Shown piece after piece: positions 28,171-40,907 of a DNA stretch of 64,000 nt. How positions within the stretch are numbered: position 1 is the stretch's first letter; each line of letters starts with the position of its first letter. Under the pieces are notes generated by a model. That model searched no databases. It was not told where the DNA came from and saw nothing but the letters and a program-made list of their open reading frames with translations. Position numbers and translations under genes: made by a program. Location of the stretch: contig OX597815.1 of NCBI GenBank assembly GCA_951406725.2, positions 63,612,001-63,676,000 on the forward strand, given 5' to 3'. The stretch is from Octopus vulgaris (lineage: Eukaryota).

Positions 28171-29072
28171 ACTTAAACATATATACATACACACACACAC
28201 AAACACACACGCATACATACATACACAGAGCAAACGAAAGGAAGAGGCACTCAACACATTTAATTAGAGTTACAGATATAATTTTTCAAAATGTTTCGAT
28301 TTGGTCCCATGAAACTTGGTCAACACGGGTCACATGGTGTTAGAAGCGGTATCGAAATTTCAGCGATTCCAAGAAACATTAAGAGACAATTTCTTGAATC
28401 ACGTGGCTGGACTCCAGCTGGTAGTCTTCTGCTGTCTGGCTGATCTTTGAAGTGACGTGCACTAGATTGGATCCATGATCGGCGAGTTTGTGTGTGTGTG
28501 TATGAGTGTGTCCCAGTTGTATGAGTGCGTAAGCGTGAATGTTTGATGCCTATACAGGTGCGTCTACTATGTGTGTGTGGCGGGAGTGACCAGTCAACGG
28601 TATTAGCCAGTCTGAACGAACTGGTTGTAGCTGGTTTGTTGGTGTACTTTGAAGAACGAGGAGGAAGATATAGTCAATGCACTCTAGCTTTTGCTTAGGT
28701 TTAGTTTGGTCATGTGGGACACAGGGAATTCAGACAATAGCTAAGACGTATCTAGATGCGGCTGTGAGGAAAACTGGTTATAAAAATAATATGCCAGAGA
28801 AGGATTGAAGGATCTCATTCAAACAACGTTGGTCACAGCTCTCAAACTGGAAATCTTGACCAAAGTGGCCGCAATTGCTTCTAATCCAACTGAGGAAACC
28901 AGAAGTACCTTACAGAACTCCAAAAGAAAGTGAAAAGAATTTTTCACTTTTCCTTGTGTTACATATATACATACAAACATACATACATGCATACATACAT
29001 ACATACATACATACATACATACATACATACATACATACATACATACATACATACATACATACATACATACAT

Positions 29073-29425
29073 GGTGGCTGCCCCTCGTTATCGAGTATGG
29101 CCATTGCACGAAGCTTAATCAATGTTGTTATCGTGCAATGCCTGTGCAAGAAGATTTCTTTTAAAGTGAGGAAAGGCTGTGCACTGAGTCAATCCCACTC
29201 ACTAAGCAACAGCAGCCATAATCCGAAAAGAAGAACAAGTCAACATCATCGGTAACCACTGAGCAACAGATTTTATGTCGGAGTTATCCCAGTTACCTGA
29301 GTTACCTTCTCTAAGAAGGATGCCCTAACAAAGGCTAGGAGTCCTTCACTCCCAATGGTTTAACCGCGCGATCGTTATTCAGTCCGATTATTTCTATGTT
29401 CCCGCGCATGATACAGCCTTAAGGC
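29073..29425 (-). mobile_element. Short non-autonomous RTE-related retroposon within (TACA)n
   Basis: RTE-5'UTR-like motif CTCCTAGCCTTTGTTAGGGCATCC...GAGAAGGTAACTC (recalled); 10-bp hairpin near the 3' end; (ATGT)n tail. Confidence 0.55.
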
Positions 29426-29559
29426 ACATACATACATACATACATACATACATACATACATACATGCATACATACACCTTTTCATTTTGGCACTGAATCC
29501 ATTATCGTTCCCACGGCAGAAAACAAATGTTTACATACTAGGATCATCGACTGCTAGGA

Positions 29560-29915
29560 ATATCAATGTAACTCAATATAAGTATTAACGTAAACTTCTT
29601 TGTAGACGACCTGAAGGTTTATGCTAAAAGTATTAACAATGCCAAAAAAGCAACTGAAATTAATAACATTTTCAGCTGATATAGGAATGGAATTTGGCCA
29701 AAAGAAATGTTCATATTTGATTATAGAACGAGGACAGTTACCACCACCCCTAACCGAAACCCTGTGTGTCAACGGTCTCTCTGTTTCCCCCATTCTACAC
29801 AAAGAATGCTATATGTACCTAGACATAGACGAAAATGTATCATATGAGGGCACTGCGAATAAAGTTAGAGTGACCCGAGAATATTACACCAGACTTAGGA
29901 AAATATGGCAGTCGG
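29560..29915 (+). mobile_element. RLE-type LINE RT fragment
   Basis: FFVDDLKVYAK...FSADIGMEFGQKKC...EYYTRLRKIWQSE. Confidence 0.85.
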
Positions 29916-30088
29916 AGTGTTTGTGTCCCCAATGTTGGTGTGTTTACGTCCCCGTAACTTAGCGGATCGGCAAAATAGGTTGATAGAATATGTACTAGGC
30001 TTACAAAGAATAAGTTCTGGGGTCGATTTGCTCGACTAAAGGCGGTGGTCCAGCATGGCCGCAGTCAAATAACTCAAACAAGTAAAAG
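29916..30088 (+). mobile_element. SINE family 2, 3' half
   Basis: Matches 40660-40860. Confidence 0.85.
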
Positions 30089-30203
30089 TATATATATATA
30101 TATATATAAGAAAAAAGGTTTGAAAATGCAATTTAAACGATGTTTATTTACTTAACCGGTTTCACTCTTTGGTAAAAGATTGTCAAAAGTTACATTTAAG
30201 GAA

Positions 30204-30433
30204 ACATTGAATAATATGGGTTCAAAAAAAGTTTTTTACATAATTGTCACATTGAATATTATGCATTCAAAAAAGTTTTTTACATAATTGTCACATTGGA
30301 TATTATGGGTTCAAAAAAAGTTTTTTACATAATTGTCACATTGAATATTATGCATTCAAAAAAGTTTTTTACATAATTGTCACATTGGATATTATGAATT
30401 CAAAAATGTTTTTTTATACATAATTGTCACATT
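30204..30433. repeat. Minisatellite, about 5 units of 44-45 bp
   Basis: Unit ATATTATG(GG/CA)TTCAAAAAAGTTTTTTACATAATTGTCACATTG. Confidence 0.95.
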
Positions 30434-31144
30434 ATTTGGGAAAATTTGGCAGAAAAGGATAAAACAAATATATTATTGGGAATTGGTTGCGTTAATTATT
30501 GGTTGTCGCAAATTGTCACATTACATGTATATATATACAATCTTTGGTATATATATACAGCGTTTTGACAGCAAAAATTAAAATGGATTTTTTGTCCATC
30601 TCAGAATATTTTAAGTATGTTTTTACTGACCTGTCAGTATTAGCAGAAAGGCTGAACTGAGAGAACAGAAGTAGCCAATGTGGTGTATACTTCCCCTTTA
30701 TGCATGAATGATTTTGGGGTTATCAGGAGGTTAGTATGCGGGTGTGAATAGATGTGTCGGTGCCCGCTGGTCAGACAGCGTCTGTTTGTCACACACATAT
30801 ATATATACACACAAACACACACACACACAACAACACACACACACACACACACATAGTATACAAACACAAACCACATACAAACAACACATACACACACAGA
30901 ACACATATATATATATATATATATGCATGCATATATACATACATACATACATACATACATACATACATACATACATACATACATACATACATACATACAT
31001 AAATACATACATACATACATATACATTATACACCTTACCACACTTTTACTTATATGCATTTAGACATACACATACACATATATATGTATGAGTATATATA
31101 TATATATACTCATACATATATATGTGTATGTGTATATCTAAATG

Positions 31145-31176
<32 letters not shown>

Positions 31177-31231
31177 TGTATGTATGTATGTATGTATGTA
31201 TGTGTATATGCATGCATATATATATATAAAT

Positions 31232-31332
31232 ATTCTTTTACTTGTTTGAGTTATTTGACTGCGGCCATGCTGAACCACCGCCTTTAGTCGAGCAAATCGA
31301 CCCCAGGACTTATTCTTTGTAAGCCTAGTACA
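31232..31332 (-). mobile_element. SINE family 2, 3' tail
   Basis: Reverse complement of about 29990-30088. Confidence 0.85.
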
Positions 31333-31569
31333 TGCTTGAGTGTACGTGCGTGTGAATATATATGTGTGCAAAAGTATTCTTAAAAGAGCTTTCCAAGTTC
31401 AGTAGCCACGAGAGTTAAAGGATTATTTCCCGTGTTCTTTGCCTGTGGAATGGGACGAGGAAAGAGATAGGGAGGGGAGAGAGAGAGAATTTATATAATG
31501 GTGATAATGATGATAAGGATAATGTCACTCCAGTTGCAGACAAGTAACTAAGGAAAGCAATGCAGTGAA

Positions 31570-33050
31570 ATTATTTCACTAATTCTGCCGACCGTTCTTA
31601 ATTTTCTCCTGTTCCAAATATTATCCCGTTGACACATTCCTGGGCTTGTGAGGTTATTAAACTTTATACAGTCTAACGATATTATCATCAAAATATTCTA
31701 TGTTGGAATTGTTGTTTTCGTATCAGACTTTGACTTCCTCAGATTATTATTGCAACGCTTGGTTCTTATAGTTTTCGGTTTAGATTCTTACTTTAATATT
31801 GATGCTGATGTTCTTTTCTATATGCATGCCCTGCATCATAAATTTTGGTTTTTATCAAATTGCTCTGGACTGTCTCTTGAATATTAAACCGGAGAAAGAG
31901 AGATAATGCCAATATCGTTTATATTTCTTCTAGAAAGGTGAGATCTGTGTGATTGGTGCCAAGGTTGATGCCAACAGAAATAACGTGGCCAGAAGCCATT
32001 CAGCATGGCAGATCTGGAATAATTCGATTCAATGTTTAGTGTGGAATCCTACAGTTCAAGAAATATCTGTCATCGCATCGCAAAAACACCTGCAATAATG
32101 AAAGAAATCGGTGCCCCCGTCAAGTGACCGAATGTTATCATTTGTGTCCTGAAAAAGCATCATTACTGTGATTACATATAATAGACAGAATAGAAAGCTT
32201 TTGCAAAGTTTACAAACAGTAAGAACTTTCCTTCAGTCTGCTAAGATCTGTGCAATAGCAAACCGATTTTTCTCGGACCTGCTTTGGTTCCTTTGGAAAA
32301 CCTTGAGTTCAACAATTTGTTGTAGATTTATGCTGCTATCACAGTAAGGCCAACACCACTGTAATTTGTAGCCACGCCTAAATTATCTTCGTTGGGAAGT
32401 GGAAAAATAAGAGATTCAATCGATCTCTCAGTTGGGTGTTCATTATAAACAGTATAGCGAAATTTGAAGCAGCATATCTTTGAATCTTTGTCTCTCAGAT
32501 ATTTGGTAGAATATTATCAAGTCAGCTGCCTTCCAACTTTTTTGGTACACATAAAATCCCAATGTAATATCACCGACTTTAATGCCAAACTGTTTTTATA
32601 GCTCTATCTAAATCTGGTGATTAACAAGAGTGATTCTGGAAATGTTCTTTCCACTCCTTCAGTCATTCCTGCAGGCTTTTAGTTTCAATTTATTTGTACA
32701 CTTCTTCTCACTAATTTCATTGGCCATTAACCCTGTTAAAGTGGACTGTTTGGGGTTGGATACGCAAACACATTCAATTTATTTTCAAAATATTTTTGTT
32801 GTTCTTTTTTATAAATGGAAGTGAGATCTTGTTGAGATGGTTTTGAATTTAGTGATATTCATTTTGGAAAGTTTGGTTGACATTAAACTGGTGGCAATCT
32901 TCATCAGATTGTGCTCCTTAGTAATTGATTCGGACAGTCACGTGACTGTGCATTTCACTGAATCCTGATGAGAAGACATTCTGTAACTTCTCGATGAAAA
33001 ATGACAAAATTATTGTATGACGTATCTGTGGATTTTGTTTTTTCAATTTC
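31570..33050 (-). mobile_element. Old RTE-X-like LINE relic
   Basis: WKEHFQN, PLPNEDNLGVATNYSGVGLTVIAA, RSLDGGTDFF remnants. Confidence 0.7.
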
Positions 33051-33110
33051 TGCTAGCGATGTTTCTAACCTGTTTTTGAATGTGATGGTAAATTATTGAC
33101 AAATGCGGAT

Positions 33111-34235
33111 GTGTGTGCGCGCGAGTGTTGATGTAAATACAAACTTCCGGTAAATAAATTCCGGAAGTGTGTGTAACGTACCCCTCATATATGAACTTGA
33201 TGACTCGGGTTGAAGTTTAATTCAAACTGCATTCATGTCAAGTTGACTTTTACATATTCAATAATGTGGTATATATCTGTACGAGTAGTAATACTAAGGA
33301 CTGAAGCAGTATAGCTGACTACCTGGGCAAATTATTGGACTAACAACTTAGGAGTTGTGAGTTCAAGTCTCGCGCCGGTGATTGGTTATATTTCTGGGCA
33401 GGACGCCATATTTTTACATGCTCTAATTCATCAAGGAATGTTAGTGGTTAGTAATTCCAAATTAACTAAAGATTAATTTGTGCAAAGACTAATTTCCTTT
33501 CCCCGATGGAGATTTTCCTATCACCGAATTCCTGCTATGCTGTCGCTTAAAGGGATCCTTTGGGATTAGAATAAATAATTCTAGCTGTGAAATTTGATAA
33601 CGATAGTAACGCAGTGAACTACAAAACACGTGGCTTGTAAATTCACATAGGCTCGTGTGTCTCTCTCAATATTTATGCAAATACAGAATTCTACGTAATT
33701 TTACTTCCCTAGCTGGGAAGTAAAGCCCCTTGAGTGTTACTGGTTGCTGCTGTTGAGGTTCAGTTAGTTATTGAGTTGTGGCAATATTGTGGTTTGGTTG
33801 GAGACAATCGAACAGAACTATAATAAAAAGGAATTTAGCAGTGATCTTCCCGTCTTCAAATTAATCTTTTGCACAAATTTCGAAGTACCCTTAACAAACA
33901 ACATTTTCTGATGACGACTGACATAAATGAATTAGAGCACGCAGAATATGGTGTGCTGCCCAGAAACATAACCACTCTCTGACACTAGATTGAAACTCAC
34001 AGCATAACCAGTCAGATAGCTATACTGTTTTAATCCGCTGTGTATTACTTATACATATATTCAATAATGGTATCCATGATTGAATATATGAAAAGTCAAG
34101 TCGACATGAATGCGTTTAGATTTAAACATCAACCAGAGTTATCAAATTCAGAGATTTGGATTACGTTACATATACTTCCGGAATTTATCTACCGGAAGTT
34201 TAGATTTATAGCAACACACGCGCGCGCGTGCATAC
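33111..34235. repeat. Diverged inverted duplication (arms about 33111-33533 and 33829-34235)
   Basis: Colinear reverse-complement blocks along both arms. Confidence 0.85.
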
Positions 34236-34333
34236 ACACACACATGTACAAATGCGAGTGTGCAACACAGATAGCTTCAAATTCACAAAGTCATAGACAT
34301 CAACAAGAACACACGCCTACGTATGTGTGCGTG

Positions 34334-34369
<36 letters not shown>

Positions 34370-34391
34370 TGTATGTATGTATGTATATATA

Positions 34392-35675
34392 CGAGGGGTG
34401 TATGAAAAGTCTTGACCCTCAAAACAAAACAAAACATGGTAGAAGACTTCTGATGATTTATTTTTCTACATAGTCCCCCTCGATGGCTGAACACTTTCTC
34501 CAGCAGTGCTGAAGCGCTATTATCCTGGAGTAGAGGAACTCCTTTGCTTGAGATTCCAACAAACTTCCTACACCATCTATGACGTCATTGTCACTGTCAA
34601 AATGGCGACCAGCCAGGGCTTTTTTCATTTTTGGAAACAGGTGAAAGTCAGAGGGGGCTAAGTCTGGCGAATAAGTCAGATGGGGAACAAGTTCGTATCA
34701 ATAATCACGAATTGTTGCCATGGCAACCACTGAGGTGTGGGCTGGAGCATTGTTGTGATGAAAAAGGACTCCTCTGGTGAGCATTCGTAGCCTTTTTTCT
34801 TAGATTGCTTCTCAGAGGCATTTCAGTAGCTGAGAATAATACAGCCTTGTCACGGTGTGACTCTTTTCAAGCTAATCGACCTTGAGAATCCCCAAAAACG
34901 GATGCCATGACCTTGCAAGCTGAAGGAATGGCCCTGGCCTTCTTTGGGATAGGAGAAGATGTGTGCTTCCACTACTTTGATTGTTCTTTGGTTTCAGGCT
35001 GGTAGTGATGAACCCAACTTTCGTCCATAGTAATGAAATGAGCAAGAAAATTCTCTTCATCGGCTTCAAACAGTTTCAGATTGCTCGTGAACAAAGTGCA
35101 CCTGGTGGATTTCTGTTCAGGAGTCAAAAGGCGAGGGACCCATCCTGCAGAAACCTTTGAGAACCGAAGTTCTTTTGTCACAATGTTGTCTGCTCTTTCA
35201 GTTGAGATGCCCAGTCTCTCAGCTATCTGACGACATGATATTCGGCGATCTTGCATTATTATACCAAGAGCAGGGTCAAGGTTGTCCTTGGTGGTTGCCG
35301 TTAGAGGTCGCCCTGGTGTGGGATGATCTTCCACACTCTCCCTACCATGCTTGAATTCATTTACCCAGCGTTTGACTGTTGCATATGAAGGAGCATTGTC
35401 TGTTAAGGTTCTCACCATATCTTCATGGATTTCTGATGGAGTCATGCCTTTCAAATGAAGGTCCTTTATGACAGCACGATACTCAGTTTTCTCCATTTCC
35501 CTTGTAAACTCGAAGCTTGTTTAATCAAAAATCTGCAACAAAAATAATTAAAATATCAGAATCATGAAAATGAGCAAGAATACTCCCAAAAGACTCTACT
35601 TACCAGAAAAAATTGTTTCAGCTATATACCAGTCCCATTTCTAGGTTAGGCTCAAAACTTTTCATACTCGTCTCG
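34392..35675 (-). mobile_element. Full-length (~1.28 kb) mariner, irritans-like
   Basis: TIRs CGAGGGGTGTATGAAAAGTCTTGA / CGAGACGAGTATGAAAAGTTTTGA; sits in a TA/TG microsatellite. Confidence 0.93.
34460..35496 (-). pseudogene. Mariner transposase pseudogene
   Basis: MEKTEYRAVIK...WVPRLLT...TMDESWVHHY; stop at 34972; later HHNNAPAH (catalytic D replaced) and YSPDLAPSDFHLFPK. Confidence 0.9.
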
Positions 35676-35689
35676 TGTGTGTATATATA

Positions 35690-35810
<121 letters not shown>

Positions 35811-35962
35811 TGTGTAAAGCAAAAAACTAAAGTAAAGTTGTACAAGGTAGGATCCGACCCGTAGATCATTAAAATTTCATGCAGTTACTAATTTTAGTAT
35901 TCTGCCATTTTTTTGTATCTTTTTAAAAACTATTATTTATGAATAAACAACGTTCTGTGATA

Positions 35963-36090
35963 AAATCCAGCAGAGGCCAACTTCGCATTACATTCTTCAG
36001 AGATTGATAAAATAGAATACCTCTCAAATACTGGAGTCAAAGATATTGATTACTCCCTTCCCCTCTAAAATTTCTGCCATTGTGCTGTAT
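35963..36090 (+). mobile_element. Degenerate SINE family 1
   Basis: Weak colinear match to the body and type-b tail. Confidence 0.5.
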
Positions 36091-36620
36091 TATATACAAT
36101 TATTAATGAGTAAAAACTATCATCGGTTATTCAAAAGATATCATACAACCCTCGATCTTCTGTCATTTGCCGATCTACAAACAATTTTAAAATGAACCAT
36201 GATTAAAAAATATATCAGCAAGAAATAGGAAATCATTTTCTGGAGCCCTTATTTGAAATAGTCACAGCTAGAAGACATTTCTTCGCTTTGGCAACCAAAC
36301 TGATTTCAATAAAAACCAGAGATTTCTCACTTTGGCAGTAGCAAGTGCATTAAACCAGTTATCACTGCGGTTTATATTTTAGAAATATATAGGTCAGTAG
36401 CAGTAACAGGAAAGCAGTAAACACTTTTATTATTGTTGTTTCTGCTGCTGCCGCTGCTGCTGTTGTTGTTGCTATTACTTTGATGGTGCTATTGTTGTTG
36501 CAATTTTTCTATTGTTATTGGCAAAAATTCTTTGCGTTTTATCGCTGAGGGAGTACACACTTGGCAACTGAAATCTTTTGTCTTTTAGTCTGCTTTTTAT
36601 TTACGTAGGTGTGTGTTCGT

Positions 36621-36652
<32 letters not shown>

Positions 36653-36744
36653 TTGTTTGTTTGTTTGTGCATCTGTGTGTGTTCGTGTGTGTGTTAGTGC
36701 ATGTGTCTGTGTCTGTGCATCTGTGTGTGTGTGTGGTGTGCGTG

Positions 36745-36802
<58 letters not shown>

Positions 36803-36881
36803 TACACACACACGCACATATATATTCATATATACATATATGTATATTCATATATATATATATATATTCATACATGCATAC

Positions 36882-36919
<38 letters not shown>

Positions 36920-37654
36920 ATGTATGTATGTATATCTATACATGCATACATATATGTATATATATATATATTCATTTATTTATTTATTTAATAATGTGTA
37001 TGTGTGTGTATGTTAGTGCAATTTGTTATGTCCTTGTAATGTTCCTTCATTCCTCATTTACTAAATTTGAAATCATTCCGATTTTGAAGTCTATTTTCTC
37101 TTCAGATAATTTTCTCCTTTTTTTGTACATTCTTCAGTTTTTTAAAATTCTTTTTAGGTTGCTTTTTATTATTCGTCTATAATTTTTTTCTTCTTGTTCA
37201 ATAATTTCCAGTCTGTGTTTGGATCCGACCACTCCTCCACAAACCAGTAGATCGTCTTTACACTCTTCACTTAGATATTGAAGATGTTTCAAGACAGTTA
37301 CATGTTTGTCTTACCTGGGCAGAGACTACATCAGCTTAGTATGTTGTTTCAACTTGCCGGATTAACAGTAAACCTTCATTTTGACTCAATACTTTTACAG
37401 CCAGTGATTGCAAATGAGAGAAACAAAACATGTCTAGACACGCCGAGAACTTTAAAGTCTTCTTCACTTCGCATCTGATCTCATACGATTACTTCTGACG
37501 TCATACATCATGGCGTGGACCTGTCTTTAGGCTCTAACTCATGTGTAGTGAAACCATATATTAGCTATTAATTTGGCCTTAGTTTTCCAAGCCTTTTTTC
37601 TTTTATGCTTTTGTAAGGTTTCTTTGTTTTGTTTTGTTTTGCATATCTTTTATC

Positions 37655-38138
37655 TTTTATTTACATTTTATCTATTTTAGTCATTAGACTGCAGCCATAC
37701 TGGGATAAAGTTTTGAAAATGTTTTAGTTGAATGTATCGACTACAGCACTATTCTTTTAAAGTATGTAGCTTATTTTATCTGTCGTTTTTGCCGAACTGC
37801 TTAGTTACGGGGACGTAAACGCACCAGCACCGGTTGTCAAGTGGTGGTGGTGGTGATGGTGGGGATGGTTGTGGGGACAAACAAAGACACAAAGACATAC
37901 ACATACACACACACATATATATATATAGTAAATCCCAAAAACGAAGAACACAAGAAAATAAAACAACAACGCGAGGACGTGGCAAATGCAACGTATTAGC
38001 AGACGCTCAGGGGAAGAAAGAAAGGTAGTTTTACGTTTCGAGGAAAGCTCTTCTTCAGACACAGGAGACAGAGGAAAGTCTAAGAGAAAAGGAAGACGGA
38101 GAAAAAATCGCCAACGATTCACATCTGGTTACATTTTG

Positions 38139-38218
<80 letters not shown>

Positions 38219-38280
38219 GACAGGCTTCTTTCAGTTTCCGCTTACCAAATCCACTGACAAAGCTTTGGTCGGCCATCATC
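37655..38280 (-). mobile_element. SINE family 2 with an insertion in its internal (TA)n
   Basis: 3' half at 37655-37900 and 5' part at 38215-38280 match 40660-41085. Confidence 0.75.
37930..38140 (-). mobile_element. Penelope-type pLTR fragment with minimal hammerhead (38028-38062)
   Basis: GTGT-CTGAAGA-A-GAG-CTTTC-CTC-GAAA-CG-TA-AAAC; (TA)n on both sides. Confidence 0.72.
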
Positions 38281-38434
38281 TAGTTTAACTATTACAAAAT
38301 AATACCTTTGAAACTTTGAGACACCCCAGTCTGGTGAAGAGAAATAGTAATATGACTGAGAAAAAATTACTTAGGGCAACATTCTGCTCACGAAATACGA
38401 ATAAGGTAGAATAGCACACATGCAATATTTTAGA

Positions 38435-38592
38435 TTCAAATTTTGGCAGAAGGAGCTAAGTCGGATACATCGACCGCCTCGTGCTCAACTTGTGTTTATT
38501 TTACCGACCCCGAAAGGTTGGAAAACAAAGTCGATCTCGGCAGAATTTGAATTCAGAGCGTAAGACGGACAAAATACCACAAAGTATTTTCT
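38435..38592 (-). mobile_element. SINE family 1
   Basis: CGACCCCGAAAGG...GAATTTGAATTCAGA on the plus strand. Confidence 0.75.
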
Positions 38593-40199
38593 CCCTCTAC
38601 CCAGTCTCTCTCTCTCTGTATGGAAGCAGAGGATGTGTAGTGACTCTGATTACGAATTCCAATAATCTGATTGAAGCTTGATACTTAAGGAACGTATTCC
38701 ATATCTTTAATACAAATACGGCAAAATCATCCTTGTGTAACAATATGAGCAGAACAAAAAGATAAATTTCCAAAACCAATAAAGAATATTCAAGCAATTA
38801 GCAGATAAAAACTCTTCCTCTCGGAGCCATTAAAATCTTAACCCGACCTCTATCTACAAGTGTCGAACTAGTAGAGTTCGAACAGAATGTCATGCGTTAT
38901 TTGTTCCAACGCTCTGCATTTTAGGTTCAAATGCCACTGAAATCAACCTTCATTTTCATCGTGCGGCTGTCTTCTTTCCCTCCAACTGTTACCTCTGTGA
39001 TACTCTGCTGGGTCAAGGTTAGGAGGGCCGGAAGGGTACGTGTGTCAGCTAAAACAATAAGCAAAAGCTACTAGCATGTATTCACACGCGAGTAACGGTT
39101 GTGCTAAATAACATAGATATAGATATAGTACAAGAACAAGGACTTAAGCAACACAGGCGGGTATCTCAGTCAGCACTCATAGGAACCTGAGGCTAAAAGA
39201 AGGTAAGTGAAAGAATATTAGAATTAGTATTCAGTTGTCCCAGGGAAATGCACCGATTATTAGAGTGGTGGATCCATTTACACACACACACACACAAACA
39301 CATACACACACAGAGAGGTATTTTTTAAAAGGCAGTTTGACCCAACTCCACATGAATTTCGGTTTCGTGAGCGCGTCGGACACGTCCATCCCATCAGATA
39401 CTTTCAGCAGAATCATGTGAAACCGAGTCAAATTGTTATTGAAAAATGTATCTAACATACACACGCAAGCACTCACGTGCGCGAATGAACACTTTTAATG
39501 CTAGTAGATTCTTTCTTATCAGAGTTTCGCCTCCGGGAATCTGCAATCTGCAAACAGCAATCTTCATCGAAATATTGCCATAGTTGTTGAAGTTAAATTC
39601 AAGATAAGCCGATGTAAGATGTCAATGGGGTGAGATCAAAATTTGCATTTTATGTCTACAAGTTAATATCAAAATTTAAACATAGTATGGTAATTTTGGT
39701 AAAGGTTTCAAAGCGGCAGACAAAACATTGGTAATGTCACACGTCGCACCAACTTCGATCAAATCCGGTTGAAGATTTCTGTGTACGGATTCTGGAATTC
39801 CAGCATTAGAATGGAAGAAACTACAGAGAAATATAAGCGAAACATTAATTTAAACATTAAGCAATTTCATACGAAACAAAAATTAAGTTTATATCACATC
39901 CATGCGCACAGTCATACACACATCCACAGACTCACACGTTCTAGAGAAAAAAAGAACTTCATCCATTGAAGTAGAATAGCATGACATTCTTATGAAAGTG
40001 AACTTTAAAAAAAATTAACGGAGCTTCATATTTTGTCAATTCTGAAGAACCAACGAACATTGATGAAGCAATTTTATACAAGAAATACGAAGTAGTGACT
40101 ATTCGATCCCCATTAACAACAGAAAACCTTAATTTAGTTGGAGCATTAACTGCCTTATTCAAAACTTCATGACATTCACTCGCTAAGCATTTTGAAGTA

Positions 40200-40861
40200 G
40201 GAGGTGCATTCCAGAAATTTTGAAACTTCTTTAGTTATAACTATCTTAGATCGAAGTAATTTTAGCATATAATCACTATAAATCAAATAAGCTGACTTGC
40301 CGACTTTTGTTATTCCAGATTGAAGGAAACAGGCGTAACAGCATTTCGAACGCACTATACTAAACGCTGCTCGTCACAATTCCATCCTGGTAACCAGCAA
40401 CTTGACAGAGATGGACATCAAAACTGTCCTTCAATCTCCCTATAGTCCAGGCCTTGCTGCCTTTGACCTTTGGTTGTTCTCTAAGCTGACGGAGAACCTC
40501 AGGGCCAGTCGTTTTGAAGACATTGACAAGATGGAGGCTGTAACACAGATCTTGGAAACATTCATTTTGGAGGACTCCATGAGGCCTTCACAAAGTGGCC
40601 GGAGCGTTACAAGTGCATTGAAGTCAAAGGAACTAACTTCGAAAGAGATTAGAGTCTTTCTTTACTTTTTATTTGTTTCAGTCATTTGAATACGGCCATG
40701 CTGGAGCACCGGCTTTAGTCGAACAAATCAACCCCAGGACTTATTCTTTGTAAGCCTAGTACTTATTCTATCGATCTCTTATGCCGAAACGCTAAGTTAC
40801 AGGGACATAAACACACCAACATCGCTTGTCAAGCGATGGTGTAGTGACAAACACAGACACA

Positions 40862-40907
<46 letters not shown>

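Noticed and set aside
30204-30433. CRISPR-like periodicity
   Set aside because: No unique spacers, no cas genes, eukaryotic context; it is a minisatellite.
32960-33005. CTGATGA...GAAA hammerhead candidate
   Set aside because: Stem II is out of register with GAAA, there is no stem I or III, and it lies in an RTE-X relic.
37020-37480. LINE ORF1 PHD-finger relic
   Set aside because: Cys pattern not recoverable; too degraded to call.
39330-39436. Imperfect ~100-bp hairpin (pre-miRNA?)
   Set aside because: Pairing is patchy and no mature miRNA was recognised.
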